This document shows positions 46,562-57,202 of a stretch of 64,000 nucleotides of DNA, in pieces; positions within the stretch are counted from its first letter, which is position 1, and each line of letters begins with the position of its first letter. The stretch is from positions 1 to 64,000 of the forward strand of contig CAVXGR010000011.1 in the NCBI GenBank assembly GCA_963761335.1, in the 5' to 3' direction. This DNA is from an uncultured delta proteobacterium. GTDB taxonomy: Bacteria > Desulfobacterota > Binatia > HRBIN30 > BPIQ01. The notes under the pieces are model-generated. The model was given only the letters and a program-made list of their open reading frames with translations, was not told the DNA's origin and did not search any database. A program made the translations under genes and the position numbers.

Positions 46562-49202
46562 ATGGATGGACTGCGCGGTACGGGCTCTCGGGGCTCCACT
46601 CGGTGGAATGTGGCGATCGGCATGCTGGCGGCCTGCATCGCCTGCAGCGCCGGAGCCGTTGCGTGGGCGCAGTCGGGGCCGAGCATCCAGATCGTCGGCG
46701 TCCCGGAGAACCGCATCGGCAAGGATCTTCAGGACGAGTTCGTCGCCGCCTTGGTTCCCCCGGTCTCCGTCGGCACGCAGGTGCTCATCAAGGCGAGCCC
46801 GACCGAGGTGTGCCGCGTATCCTCGGCCGATGATCTCCCGGGCACAGCGTTGAGCGCCGACGATCCGCCCAAATCGCTGCTCATCCGCTTCGTCGGAGGT
46901 CTCGAACGGCGTGGACTCGGGCATGTGCGTCATCGCGCCCATCGCCGAGGGAGACGACGCGACCGCGAACGACTCGCTGTTCCTCCGTCCCATCAGCAAC
47001 GGAGATGCGGTGGTGACGGCGGCGGCCCCCAACTTCATTCCAGCCGAGGAGGAAGCCGTCGCCGTGGCGGCGGCGGTCATCGACCTCCACAGCCACAACA
47101 ACCCCGATGCGGTCGGGGCCGCCCTGCAGGATACCTTCACGGTGAAGATCGACCCGAAGGCCGCCCCCGCGGGCGGGGTGCCCGTCACCATCGAGGTGAT
47201 GCCGGACAGCCAGAGCAACTGCGCCATCACCGACGACGATCAGTCGGCCACTCAGGGCACCACCCTCCAGCTGACGATCGCGAAGGGAAAGACCACCGAG
47301 CATTTCGTGGTCCGCGGCCTCGTCGATCCGCTGTCGCTCGGAGAGGACGAGCAGCTTCCCCGTCATCTGCAGGCCAGCTCCACAGATCCGAGCTACAGCA
47401 CGCCGGACGAGATCGAGATCCCAATCGTCAAGCCGGCCGTGCGCGTCTTCGAGCTGGGGTCCACCACCACGGTTGCCAGCGGCAACGATCCGTTTCGCGT
47501 CGACCTGGGCGTCCCCAACGCCGGGCAGGACAAGCTGCAGCCACGGCAGTCACCGTGGAACGCCCTCGGGCAGGCGGTGGAAGCGTGCAGCTCCGACTCC
47601 AACGTCGCCATCATTCAGCCGCAGCCCAGCCCGACTCCGCCCTATGCGGATTGCGTTTCGCTTACCGCGCCCCGCGGCAGCACCAACGCCACGGGCTTCG
47701 AGCTCGATCCCCAGAGCCCCGGCTTGGTGAACGTCTATGCCAAGGCCGACGGCTTCATCTCGATCGCCGGCGTCGACGTCGACGTCGCCAGCGCCGTGCT
47801 GCGGTTCCCTCCCCGCAATCAGAACCTCATCGGTGCCGGTCTGATGGACACCTTCGTAGTCGACTCGAGCGCCGTTCTGCCGGTGGATACACCGATCACC
47901 ATCACTTCGGAGACGCCCGACTACTGCCTGGTGGCCGCCGACGAAAACTCTCTCCCCGGCAATGATATGGCAGTGCCGCCAGACTCGACGACGGTGACCA
48001 TCCAGGCCAACCACAGCCAGAAGAGCTTCGAGATTCACGGCGTGGCCGAGGGGCTCTGCCGCCTGCGGGCGGAAGCGCCGCCGAGCGCCAATCTCGACTC
48101 CGGCACGCAGGAGTTCGACGTCGTCAGTGCCGCGGTGCGAATCACCTCGCTGCCCTCCACCAAGAACTCGACCAACAACCAGGACGACGGCTTCAACGTC
48201 GAAATCGGGCCGCCGAAGTCTGACCTGTCGACGCTGGTCTTCACGCAGAAGGTCCGGACCGGCACCCCGGCCATGTCCTTCATGGTCTGCTCGACAGATG
48301 AGTACGCGGGCCTCATCGTTGCGCCGAACGGTGCCGCTGCGGCCTGTCAGGTGGTCGAGATTGCCGCGGGCCGCTACAACCTGCCGACGAACGCCAAGCC
48401 GAGCTTCCGCCCGACCGGGAACGGCCCGACGACGGTGCACATCACGCCGGCGCTGCCGGAGATCATCGTCACCGACGCCGGAACCGTCGACATCGATGTT
48501 TCCGGATTCGGCCTCGTTCTCAACGTCCCCGATATCGGCGCCGGCCTGCAGCGCGCCGTGTCGCTGTCGCGCACCGGCAGCACCAACACCGCGGTCGACG
48601 CATCGCTCACCACTACCACCCCAAGCCTCTGCCAGCTGAGCCTGGTACCCAACGCCAGCGGCAGTAGCTCGCTGCCGATCACCTTCGCCGCGGGACAGGC
48701 GGCGCAGACCGTGTGGGTCCAGGGGCAGGACGGCGCCACCGGAGCGTGCCAGATCCAAGCGACCACAGTGAACTACGCGTTTACGCCCGCTTCGTCGCAA
48801 GCGAACGTGGTGACGCCCGGCGTGCAGATCGTCCTGCTTCCCCCGGGAGTCGAGTACTCGGGAGACAACGTCGATTTCAAGATCCAGATCGGCGTGCCGA
48901 ATACAGACAGCTCCGGGCTCGCGGAGGCGCAGCAGGTCCGCTATGGACGCGAGTTCACCTTCACCGTCAGAGTTCTGTATCCAGCATACGCTCAGCTCCT
49001 CTCGTCGATCCCGCCGTCGCCGGGAACGGCAGTGACGGTGAAGATCTCGCAGCAGACCTACGAGAACACCGGCCTCCTGCAGTTCGACCCGATCGCCGAG
49101 GGGCTCGAGACCGTGACCATCGACACGAACCCGGAGGTGGCGCACACGACCGCCGCCGACAAGGATGTCCAGGTCTATGATCCCAACAGCGGCGGTTGCT
49201 GA
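46562..49202 (+). pseudogene. Large secreted Ig-like repeat protein, frameshifted near 46905
   Basis: GGAGGAG RBS and signal peptide in the frame of 46562; continues in the frame of 46911. The repeat motif occurs in both frames (IGKDLQDEF / VGAALQDTF / IGAGLMDTF / IGAGLQRAV, each followed by a Cys). Confidence 0.7.
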
Positions 49203-49310
49203 TGAAGCCGTACATTTTCGGATTCCAGACCTATTTCCTCGGCTGGGGCGTGGCCGCGATCGTGGGCGTGACGGCCGGCCTGCAACTGGCGCGACGGGAG
49301 GGATTCCGCC
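49202..49310 (+). pseudogene. N-terminal stub of an Lgt-like membrane protein
   Basis: TGATG-coupled start; MKPYIFGFQTYFLGWGVAAIVGVTAGLQLARREG resembles the first TM of prolipoprotein diacylglyceryl transferases. Confidence 0.45.
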
Positions 49311-49322
49311 AACGGGACGCCA

Positions 49323-50501
49323 CACCACGGCGCCGGTCGCCTCACCAACCACTGGACTCCTCTGGGCCGCTCGCCCCTGCCGCAGGGCTCCTGGACGCTG
49401 GCGGCGGGGCTGCACGCCGCCGGATACCGCACCCAGGCGATCGTCACCAATCCGTACCTCGCCCTGCGCTACGGGCTGGGGCAGGGATTCGAGGGATATG
49501 AAAACCTGACGATCGGCTCCGAAGCTTTTCTCTCCTTCGCCGACACCACGGCGGTGCGCCTGCTCTCGTGGGTCCGGCCCCAGTGGATCATCGGCGACCG
49601 CGGCGAGGCGGTGAGCGAGCGCGCCGGCAACTGGCTCGGGTCCGCGAAGCGAGACCGTCCCTTCTTTCTGTGGCTGCACTACCTGGACCCGCATCCCCCG
49701 TACAGCCGTGCCGGCGCCACGCGCCACAAGAGCCTGCGCGGCGACATGTCGTTTCAGCCGATCGGCGACGGGCACGAGCCGGTGACCCTCACCTCTCCCG
49801 ACGTCGCCCGGCTGCGCAGCGGCGAGATCCGCCTGAACGACGCCGAGAAGGAGGCGGTGCGCGAGCTCTACCGAGTCGAGGTCGCCAGCGTCGACGCCGC
49901 CGTCGGAGAGGTGCTCGAGGCGCTGGACGCGAACGGGCTTCACCAGGACACGTTGGTGATCTGCGCCGCCGATCACGGCGAGGAGTTCTGGGAGCACGGC
50001 GGCGTCGAGCACGGGCACACCGTCTATGACGAGCTCGTGCACGTGCCCCTGCTGATGCGCTGGCCCGGGCATCTGCCCGCAGGGGCGCGCGAGCCGCGAA
50101 CGGCGCGAATCACCGACGTTGCCCCGACCATCATGCAGCTCGTCGGCCTGCCGGTGCCCGCGGGTCTCGACGGCGAAGCTCTTCTGCCCCTCGGCCGCGG
50201 CGACGCGGCCCCGGGGCGAGTCGCCGTGACTGAGAACATGCTCTTCGCCGAAGAGCGGATCGGCATCCGCGTCGGCAACCACGAGTACATCCGCTGGGCG
50301 AACGGAAAGGAGGAGCTCTACGACCTGGCGCGCGATCCGCGCGAGCAGCGAGACCTCGCCGGTAGCGAGTCGAGCCTGGGTCCTCTGCGACAGATCGCCG
50401 CGGCCCTCGATCGCCAGGTGACGGCTCCGCCCGGGGCCACCGAGGCCAACATCGATCCCGGCGCGGCGAATGCGATGCGCGCCCTGGGCTATCTCCACTG
50501 A
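49323..50501 (+). pseudogene. Sulfatase, N-terminally truncated
   Basis: In frame from HHGAG..TLAAGL..GYRTQA..GQGF, WLHYLDPHPPY, ADHGEEFWEHG..HGHT.Y.E..HVPL, ELYDL..DP.E, MRALGYL; the catalytic C/SxPxR segment is absent. Confidence 0.75.
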
Positions 50502-50603
50502 TGATGCGCTGGTTACGCGCATGCAGGAGGTGAACGGCGGGATCTATCAGCGTCTCCTGAGCACACCGTAAAGTTGGGCGTCGGCGAGCTCGGGGTTCCG
50601 CTC

Positions 50604-52127
50604 TCATGAAGCGCGAGACGCCTTGATCATGTCCGCACCTTTTTCTCCGATCATGATGGAGGGAGCATTGGTCGGGCCCGACGTAATCGCTGGCATGATC
50701 GATGCGTCAATCACCCGAAGCGCCTCCACGCCGCGCACGCGAAGACAGGGATCAACCACGGCCTGCGCATCCGTCCCCATCTTGCAGGTACCTACGGGAT
50801 GATAGATGGTGTCGCCGGTTTCGCGGATGTACGCCTCGAGCGCACCATCGCCAGTGACCGCCGGACCCGGTAACGCCTCCTCGGCAACAATGCCGTCGAG
50901 GGCACGCGTTCGCGAAAGCGCGCGCGCGATCTTGAGGCCCTCGATCATCAGCAGCAGGTCTGCCCGCTCGGAGTAGTAGCCGGCGCGGATGACGGGTGCG
51001 GTCTCCGGATCGGGAGATTGCAGCTGCAACGAGCCACGGCTCTTCGGCCGCAGGACGACCGACACTATCGCAAGCGCCGAGCGCTCCTTGCCATTCTGCG
51101 TCTCGACCATCGCCACCGGCAGGAAATGGAAATAGAGCTCGGGCGCGTCAAGTCCGGGGCGAACGTTGCACAGCAGCCCGGCTTCGACGAGATTGCTCGA
51201 GGTGTCGACGGCGCGATGCGCAGACGTCCAGCAGCGGAATCTCGCCATGGGATGGTCCTGCAGATTCCGGCCTACGCCCGGCAGATCCTCCAAAACTGAA
51301 ATTCCAAGGCTCCGCAAATGATCTGCCGGCCCGATGCCGGACAACATGAGCAACTGCGGGGAATTGATCGCACCTCCGCACAAAATTACTTCATTCCGCG
51401 CCGCCACCTCCTCCGTGATCCCGTTTCGCAGGTAGCGCACACCCGTGGCTCGCCTGCCCTCAAACACGATGCGCGTCGCCGCGGCTCCCGTCATGACGTG
51501 CAGGTTTGACCGGGCGCGCGCCGAATGCAGGAAAGCTCGCGCCGTACTCGAGCGTTTTCCGTCCTTGATGGTGCGCTGCCAAAGGCCCGCCCCATCCTGT
51601 CGCGCGCCGTTGAAATCGGGATTGCGCGGATGCCCCAGCTCCGCCGCAGCCTCGACGAACGCGAGTGAGTAGGGATGGGGCGCCGCCGGGTCGGTGACAT
51701 CGAGCAAGCCGTTCGCGCCGTGCCAATTTGACGCGCCGCGAGAGTTGCGCTCCGACTTGATGAAGTACGGGAGCACGTCCTCGTATCCCCAACCGGAATT
51801 GCCCAAGCTCGCCCAGTGGTCGTAATCGGCGCGGTTTCCGCGAACGTAAATCATCGCGTTGATTGCGCTGGTGCCGCCCAGAACCTTGCCCCGTGGCCAG
51901 CTGATGGATCGTCCATTCAATCCCGGCTCCGCTGCCGTGACGTAGGCCCAATCCACAGGGGTCTTGAAGAGCTGCGCAAACGCGCGTGGATCGTCGATCG
52001 CAGGAAGGTCGTCGGGGACACCTGCTTCGAGCAGCAACACGGAAACGTCCCGGTCCTCCGTCAGTCGATTGGCAACGACACAACCAGACGAGCCGGCGCC
52101 GATAACAACATAGTCGTATGTGCTCAT
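50604..52127 (-). CDS. GMC oxidoreductase (choline dehydrogenase-like)
   Basis: IGAGSSG, GKVLGGTSAIN, SPQLLMLSGIG, GRNLQDH, YHPVGTCKMG, DASIMP, NAP. Confidence 0.92.
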   Translation of the reverse strand: MSTYDYVVIGAGSSGCVVANRLTEDRDVSVLLLEAGVPDDLPAIDDPRAFAQLFKTPVDWAYVTAAEPGLNGRSISWPRGKVLGGTSAINAMIYVRGNRADYDHWASLGNSGWGYEDVLPYFIKSERNSRGASNWHGANGLLDVTDPAAPHPYSLAFVEAAAELGHPRNPDFNGARQDGAGLWQRTIKDGKRSSTARAFLHSARARSNLHVMTGAAATRIVFEGRRATGVRYLRNGITEEVAARNEVILCGGAINSPQLLMLSGIGPADHLRSLGISVLEDLPGVGRNLQDHPMARFRCWTSAHRAVDTSSNLVEAGLLCNVRPGLDAPELYFHFLPVAMVETQNGKERSALAIVSVVLRPKSRGSLQLQSPDPETAPVIRAGYYSERADLLLMIEGLKIARALSRTRALDGIVAEEALPGPAVTGDGALEAYIRETGDTIYHPVGTCKMGTDAQAVVDPCLRVRGVEALRVIDASIMPAITSGPTNAPSIMIGEKGADMIKASRAS

Positions 52128-52154
52128 GCCCTCCTCGCTATACGGTGAGTAGGC

Positions 52155-53024
52155 TCAGACGCCGAGGCGCTGCAGCAGGCGCTCGCCGGCACGCACGGCG
52201 CGGTCGAGAGCAGGCGCGCCGCGATCGCGGCGCGCCACGGCGGCGTCGAGGAAGCTCTGACACTGCGCCGTCACGCGCTCGTGTAATCGCGCCAGCGCCG
52301 TACGGCTGCGGCGTGCCGCAGCGCGGTCCCCGAGGTCGAGTGGCCTGGAAATGTCGTGAGTGATCTGCACCGGGAACGGCAGGAGCGTCGGCACGAGATG
52401 CGGACCGAGCATGCCGAACTGCAGGCGGCTGCCGCGATAGCGCTCTCCGGAGAACAGACGCAAGAGCCACACCGGCATCTCCCACGAGGACTGATAGTAC
52501 ATCTCGTCGATGCCGATCGCGGCGACGAAGAGCAACTCGGCATCGTAGCGCAGCGCCAGGCGCAGGAATCCGAAGCGGTTCTCCCATTTCAGTCGATACG
52601 GCTCGTCGCGATAGCTGCGCCGCGCCGCCTCCGAGCCGGAGCCGGGATACAGCATCAACAGTCCATCGCGGCGCAGCGCGGCTGCCGCCTCGCCCATGTG
52701 CCGCGATGGAATCATCTGATAGCGCTTGGCGATCTGGCCCAGTCCGGGCAGCCGGAAGACGAAGTTCTCGTGGCCGATGAAATGCGGGATGCGGCCCCAG
52801 CGGTCGATGAGGACGGCGGTAAAGAGGAGCGGATCGAGGACGTCGAGGACATGGTTGCCGACCAGCACTACCCGTCGTCCCCGCGCCAGCAAGGAGCCGA
52901 GCCTCTGCAGATGCAAGACGCGGTGGCGCTGATAGCGCGCCAGTACCCGCGCGTAGCCCAGGAAAAGGCGCACCAGCGGATCGCCGCGTTGCAGCGGCAT
53001 CCCAGCTCGGGAATCTCGCTCCAT
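52155..53024 (-). CDS. Lysophospholipid/diacylglycerol acyltransferase family protein
   Basis: VGNH..D motif, LYPG...EA, GFLRLA. Confidence 0.8.
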   Translation of the reverse strand: MERDSRAGMPLQRGDPLVRLFLGYARVLARYQRHRVLHLQRLGSLLARGRRVVLVGNHVLDVLDPLLFTAVLIDRWGRIPHFIGHENFVFRLPGLGQIAKRYQMIPSRHMGEAAAALRRDGLLMLYPGSGSEAARRSYRDEPYRLKWENRFGFLRLALRYDAELLFVAAIGIDEMYYQSSWEMPVWLLRLFSGERYRGSRLQFGMLGPHLVPTLLPFPVQITHDISRPLDLGDRAAARRSRTALARLHERVTAQCQSFLDAAVARRDRGAPALDRAVRAGERLLQRLGV

Positions 53025-53027
53025 GGC

Positions 53028-53222
53028 TCACTGCGGCCCGGGCATGAGAATCCACAGCACGATATAGACGAGAATACCCGGGAAGGCGGCGCTCAGGAGC
53101 GAGACCAACACGTAGAGGAGACGCACCTTGGTCGGCGACCATCCCAGCGATTCGGCGATGCCGCCGCAGACACCCGCAACCCACCGATTCCGTGATCGTC
53201 GCAAACCGGTATTCGTCGCCAT
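53028..53222 (-). CDS. pspC: PspC domain protein
   Basis: LRRSRNRWVAGVCGGIAE..VRL..YIVLWILMP. Confidence 0.9.
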   Translation of the reverse strand: MATNTGLRRSRNRWVAGVCGGIAESLGWSPTKVRLLYVLVSLLSAAFPGILVYIVLWILMPGPQ

Positions 53223-53466
53223 GACGCCGAGCGTACACCAGCACGGCCGCTACGACAAAGGTGCGTCGAGGCAGGAGTGTGGTCCCGCCGTGGAGTGGTC
53301 ACGACAACGCCGACAGGCGCAGCGGCCGCAGGCGTTACAGTCGCCGGCCGGCACTGCCCAGTCTCCGGAGAGCGGACGGATGGCGAGGCCAAACACCCGA
53401 CAATTGACCTCTGGATTGCGCATGCTCAGATGTCCTATACCAGGCAGCGATGGTCCCCCGGAGCTC

Positions 53467-54015
53467 ATGATGTTTCTTCGCCATCTTTTGGCGATCCTCT
53501 TCCTGCCCTTCGTCGCCGCGGTCGTCGTGCCGCTGTGGCTACTCCGCAGCTTTGCCGCCGCCGACACGCGCTGGCAGGAAGCTCTGCCGATCGTGTGGCT
53601 GCCGCGCTCGGCGGGCGCGGCGCTCCTCGTCGTCGGATTCGCGCTCTTCTGCTCCTGCGTCGTTCTGTTCGCCAGAATCGGGCGGGGAACCCTCGCGCCC
53701 TGGGATCCAACCCGCAAGCTGGTCGCCATGGGCCCGTATCGCTTCGTCCGCAATCCGATGATCAGCGGAGTCTTCCTGATGCTGGCAGGCCTGGCACTGC
53801 TCCGAGGCTCATGGGTGATCGCCGCCTGGGTCTGCACTTTTGGCTTGATCAACCACGCCTACTTCCTGCTGTCGGAGGAGCCGGGACTGGAACGGCGATT
53901 CGGCGAGAGCTACCGCATCTACAAGACACACGTCCCGCGATGGATACCGCGAGTCAGACCATGGACGAGTCCTGATCCATCCGTGGGACGAGCGAACGGT
54001 GCGGGAGAAGAGTAG
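53467..54015 (+). CDS. Isoprenylcysteine carboxylmethyltransferase (ICMT/PEMT) family membrane protein
   Basis: GTLAPWDP..LV..GPYRFVRNPM, EEPGL..RFG..Y..Y...VPRWIP. Confidence 0.88.
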   Translation: MMFLRHLLAILFLPFVAAVVVPLWLLRSFAAADTRWQEALPIVWLPRSAGAALLVVGFALFCSCVVLFARIGRGTLAPWDPTRKLVAMGPYRFVRNPMISGVFLMLAGLALLRGSWVIAAWVCTFGLINHAYFLLSEEPGLERRFGESYRIYKTHVPRWIPRVRPWTSPDPSVGRANGAGEE

Positions 54016-54044
54016 GACACGGGGGGCGGACGAAGTAGGCCTCG

Positions 54045-54330
54045 TTGGGCGTAATCATCACCAAGCGCGAGGTCGCACCCAACGTCCACGAGTTGGTCCT
54101 GCGCGCTCCCGCCATTGCGTCATCGGCATGGAATGCCTGCGGATGGAGCTGGGCGAGCCGGACGAGTCGGGACGGCGACGGTGGTCGCCGACCCGAAGAC
54201 GGTGCAGACTTCGATGACCGGCGTCTTCGGCCGGCGGCGACATCGTCTCCGGCGCCGCGACCCTCATTCTGGCGATGGGAAAGGGCCGCATCGCCGCTGG
54301 CTCGATGAACGCCTGCCTGCGCGGCGGCAG
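54045..54330 (+). pseudogene. Collapsed remnant of an NfnA/NfnB (SudB/SudA, GltD-like) gene pair
   Basis: Three out-of-frame pieces: IITKREVAPNVHELVLRAPAIA; VIGMECLRMELGEPDESGRRR; VVADPKTVQTSMTGVF/GGDIVSGAATLILAMGKGRIAA. Confidence 0.7.
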
Positions 54331-54332
54331 CG

Positions 54333-55217
54333 CTAGCGACGGCTGACGGCGCGCCGCAGCGCGCCGGCGTACGTGCCGATGCGGCGCAGGCGCGAGGTGT
54401 TCTCGAGCCGGATCGAATCGCCGATGCGGACCGTGCCTCCGCGGACGACGTGCGCGTAGACGCCGACGGTGGGCAGCCGCTTGGCGAGCAAGCCGAACAG
54501 CTGCTTGTTCTCCGCGGCGGCGCGCAGAATCTCCGGATCCGGCGGCAGCTGGCCCTGCGCCAGCGTCGTCATCACACACCGCGGGCACGGGAACTGGACG
54601 TAGGCGCGCACCTCGTCCCCGATCGCGAGCTCGCGGCCCACCCAGTCGTTCTCGTGAAAGCCTCGCACCGGGCCGGTATCGACGACGACGTTGGGGCGAA
54701 ACCGCGGGACCTCGACACGTGACTGGGGCCGCAGCTCGCGCAGCCGCTCGAGCGTCGCAGTCGTGACGAGGTGCAGTGCCGCGAAGTCGAAGAAGGTGCC
54801 CTCCGGGGCACCGACCGCGAGCGGCGAGCCGCGCCCGTCGTCGCGCTTTGGCTCGAGCTCATCGTAAGTCGCCTGCCGCGGCGGGGCGGACACGAGCCGG
54901 ATGTCGCGACCCACGGCCGCCGACAGCACACGGTCGATGTCCGGCTGATCGCTGCGGGCCTGCCGCCCGTCGGGGAGCTCGATCGCAACCCTGGGATGAC
55001 GATCGCCGTCGCGCTCAGCGACGCGAGCTTTGAAGCCGAGGAGACTGCCCCAATTTCGCGGGTGCTTGGCGCTCGCGATCCGCCCGGTCTCGACGTCGAG
55101 CAGCGCGTAGGCGCGATCGCCGAGCACGCCGGTGGCACTGGTGACGATTGCGGAGGTGAGCGCCTCGCCGGCCATCGACTTGATCGGATAGCGCCAGAGC
55201 TGTGCGACGGTCATCAT
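54333..55217 (-). CDS. MOSC domain protein
   Basis: LWRYPIKSMAGE, GDRAYAL, RFRPNVV, CPRCVMTT, GVYA.V..G.VRIGD. Confidence 0.9.
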   Translation of the reverse strand: MMTVAQLWRYPIKSMAGEALTSAIVTSATGVLGDRAYALLDVETGRIASAKHPRNWGSLLGFKARVAERDGDRHPRVAIELPDGRQARSDQPDIDRVLSAAVGRDIRLVSAPPRQATYDELEPKRDDGRGSPLAVGAPEGTFFDFAALHLVTTATLERLRELRPQSRVEVPRFRPNVVVDTGPVRGFHENDWVGRELAIGDEVRAYVQFPCPRCVMTTLAQGQLPPDPEILRAAAENKQLFGLLAKRLPTVGVYAHVVRGGTVRIGDSIRLENTSRLRRIGTYAGALRRAVSRR

Positions 55218-55274
55218 GATGTGCGGAATATAGCACAGTCGGACCAGGCGCACTGCGCTGGGAGCCCAAGATCT

Positions 55275-55706
55275 AGTAGTGGTGGATCTTGAGATCAACC
55301 GCGTATCATTTCGAAATCATCCTTACCAATCAAAATCCCCCACGACCTAACTTGGGCTGGGGGATCGCGCCGCGAAGCGGCGCAGGCATGTAGCCCCGGG
55401 TCGGAGACCCGGGGATCCCGGGTCCGCCTTCCCCGATGCGCCCCGCCAGGGGCGCAGGCGTGCAAGCCCGGGGGCAGAGGCCTGTGTCAAAATCGCGCCC
55501 GCGCCCCTGGCGGGGCGCCAACGGACGTCGAGTTCGGGATCCCCGGGTCAGAGACCCGGGGCTACACACCTGCGCCCCTCCGGGGCGAATGATCTCCTCG
55601 CTCCCGGCCACAGATGCAACCTCGGGAAGTCGGGTTCAACTCAAAAAAGGGGGGGGTTGTGGTGGATCGAAGTTGACCGCGTTTCATTTCGAAATCCCCC
55701 ACTACC
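55275..55706. mobile_element. Non-autonomous MITE-like element with internal REP-like hairpins and flanking direct repeat
   Basis: Imperfect TIRs GTAGTGGTGGATCTTGAGATCAACCGCG / CGCGTTTCATTTCGAAATCCCCCACTAC; CAAGATCT on both sides (55267-55274, 55707-55714); a second partial copy at 18758. Confidence 0.75.
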
Positions 55707-55798
55707 CAAGATCTGAGGAAACCCCGGCGCCTTACTCGAGCCGCGGGAAGCGGCTAGTATCACCCAGGCGAACGCCACCGGGACCGGAGCAGGCAAAC

Positions 55799-57136
55799 AT
55801 GATGGACACCGAGACCATCCTCATCCTGTCGGGGTATGCGGCGCTGGGCACGCTGTTGGCGGGGGGCACGCTCCTGGCGAGGCGTCGTCACGGGTCGGGC
55901 TTCGCAGCTCTCGTCCTCGCTCTCAACCTCGAGATCATCTGCGGCTTCTCCATCGTCCTCCCCTTGTACGGAGTGCGGTATCCCAGCAACCCGTCAACTC
56001 TCATCTTCGTGTGCGGCGCGGCGGCGCTCAGCGCCGCGGTCAACGCCGCTCTTCTGGCAGCGCCGGCGGCGACGGCGGACCGCCTGATCGGACTGGTGCG
56101 CCGGAGTCGGCTCGTGCAGCGGCTGGGCCTCGTGCTCCTCGGTGCCATCGTTCCGCTCGGGGGTCTCGAGACGATCGCCCAGCTCACCACCCGGCTCGGC
56201 CTCGTGTCGTACTTCGTTCCCGTCGAGATACGCCTCGCCCAGAAGACGGAGGACTGGCGCCTGGCGCACATCATGAGTGACGATTTTCGCGAGCCCGATC
56301 CGCTACTGCTGTGGCGCTCCATCCCTCGCTATCCGTACAGCTCGCAGCGGTTCAAAGGCCCTGAGGTCGCGGTGCCGAAGCCCGGGGGAACATTTCGACT
56401 CATCTGCTATGGAGATTCGAATACCGACGGCCCTTCCTTTGGAAGTGCCTGGGCCGCGCAGCTGCAGGACCTGCTCGCACAGAAGGGGACCGCGTCGCGC
56501 CGCTATGAGGTGATGAATGCCGGTGTAGGCGGCTACTCTTCCTATCAGGGATTGATGCGCTTCCGCGAAGAGGTGGATCAGTTCCAGCCGGATGTGATCT
56601 TCATCTCCTTTGGCTGGAACGATGCCTCCGGCGCCATTGGCAGACCTGATCGGGAGTACGCGCAGGCCGGCCTTCTACCGGCCGTCAATCCATTCGCGCT
56701 CTTCATTCGTCGCCTGATGCTGCGGTACCGCTCCACGCTGGTCGTACAGCACCTGCTGTCTTCCGGGGCAGCCCTCGACGTCGATCGACCACTGCTGCCG
56801 CGGGTGGATCTCTCCGCATACGCGTCGAACCTCCGTGGATTCTTCGCCACCGCACGCGCTCACCACGTCATGCCGATCGTTCTCACGAGGCCGTATCGGG
56901 AGACGACGGAGGCGCTGCGACGGGACGCGACGTGGCGGCGCAATGTGCCGAGCTACAACGAGGTCGCCTTGCAGGTTGCCGCCGAGGAAGGCGTCCTCGC
57001 CATCGACGTGCAGCGCGCCTTCGAGGGCCGGCCGGAGCTGTTCGCGGATGAGTGTCATTTCACCCACGAGGGGCACCGGGAGATGGCCCGCTTGCTCGAG
57101 GCGTCTCTCCAGGCGAAGGGATACGTGCCACCTTGA
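55799..57136 (+). CDS. Membrane-anchored SGNH/GDSL hydrolase family protein
   Basis: N-terminal TMs; GDSNT, NAGVGGYSS, GWND, DECHF. Confidence 0.85.
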   Translation: MMDTETILILSGYAALGTLLAGGTLLARRRHGSGFAALVLALNLEIICGFSIVLPLYGVRYPSNPSTLIFVCGAAALSAAVNAALLAAPAATADRLIGLVRRSRLVQRLGLVLLGAIVPLGGLETIAQLTTRLGLVSYFVPVEIRLAQKTEDWRLAHIMSDDFREPDPLLLWRSIPRYPYSSQRFKGPEVAVPKPGGTFRLICYGDSNTDGPSFGSAWAAQLQDLLAQKGTASRRYEVMNAGVGGYSSYQGLMRFREEVDQFQPDVIFISFGWNDASGAIGRPDREYAQAGLLPAVNPFALFIRRLMLRYRSTLVVQHLLSSGAALDVDRPLLPRVDLSAYASNLRGFFATARAHHVMPIVLTRPYRETTEALRRDATWRRNVPSYNEVALQVAAEEGVLAIDVQRAFEGRPELFADECHFTHEGHREMARLLEASLQAKGYVPP

Positions 57137-57202
57137 GAGGACGGGATTGTGCCACCGCCGTCCCCGTGGGCATCTGTGGTGAGCCTTGCCAGGAACCGCA
57201 AA

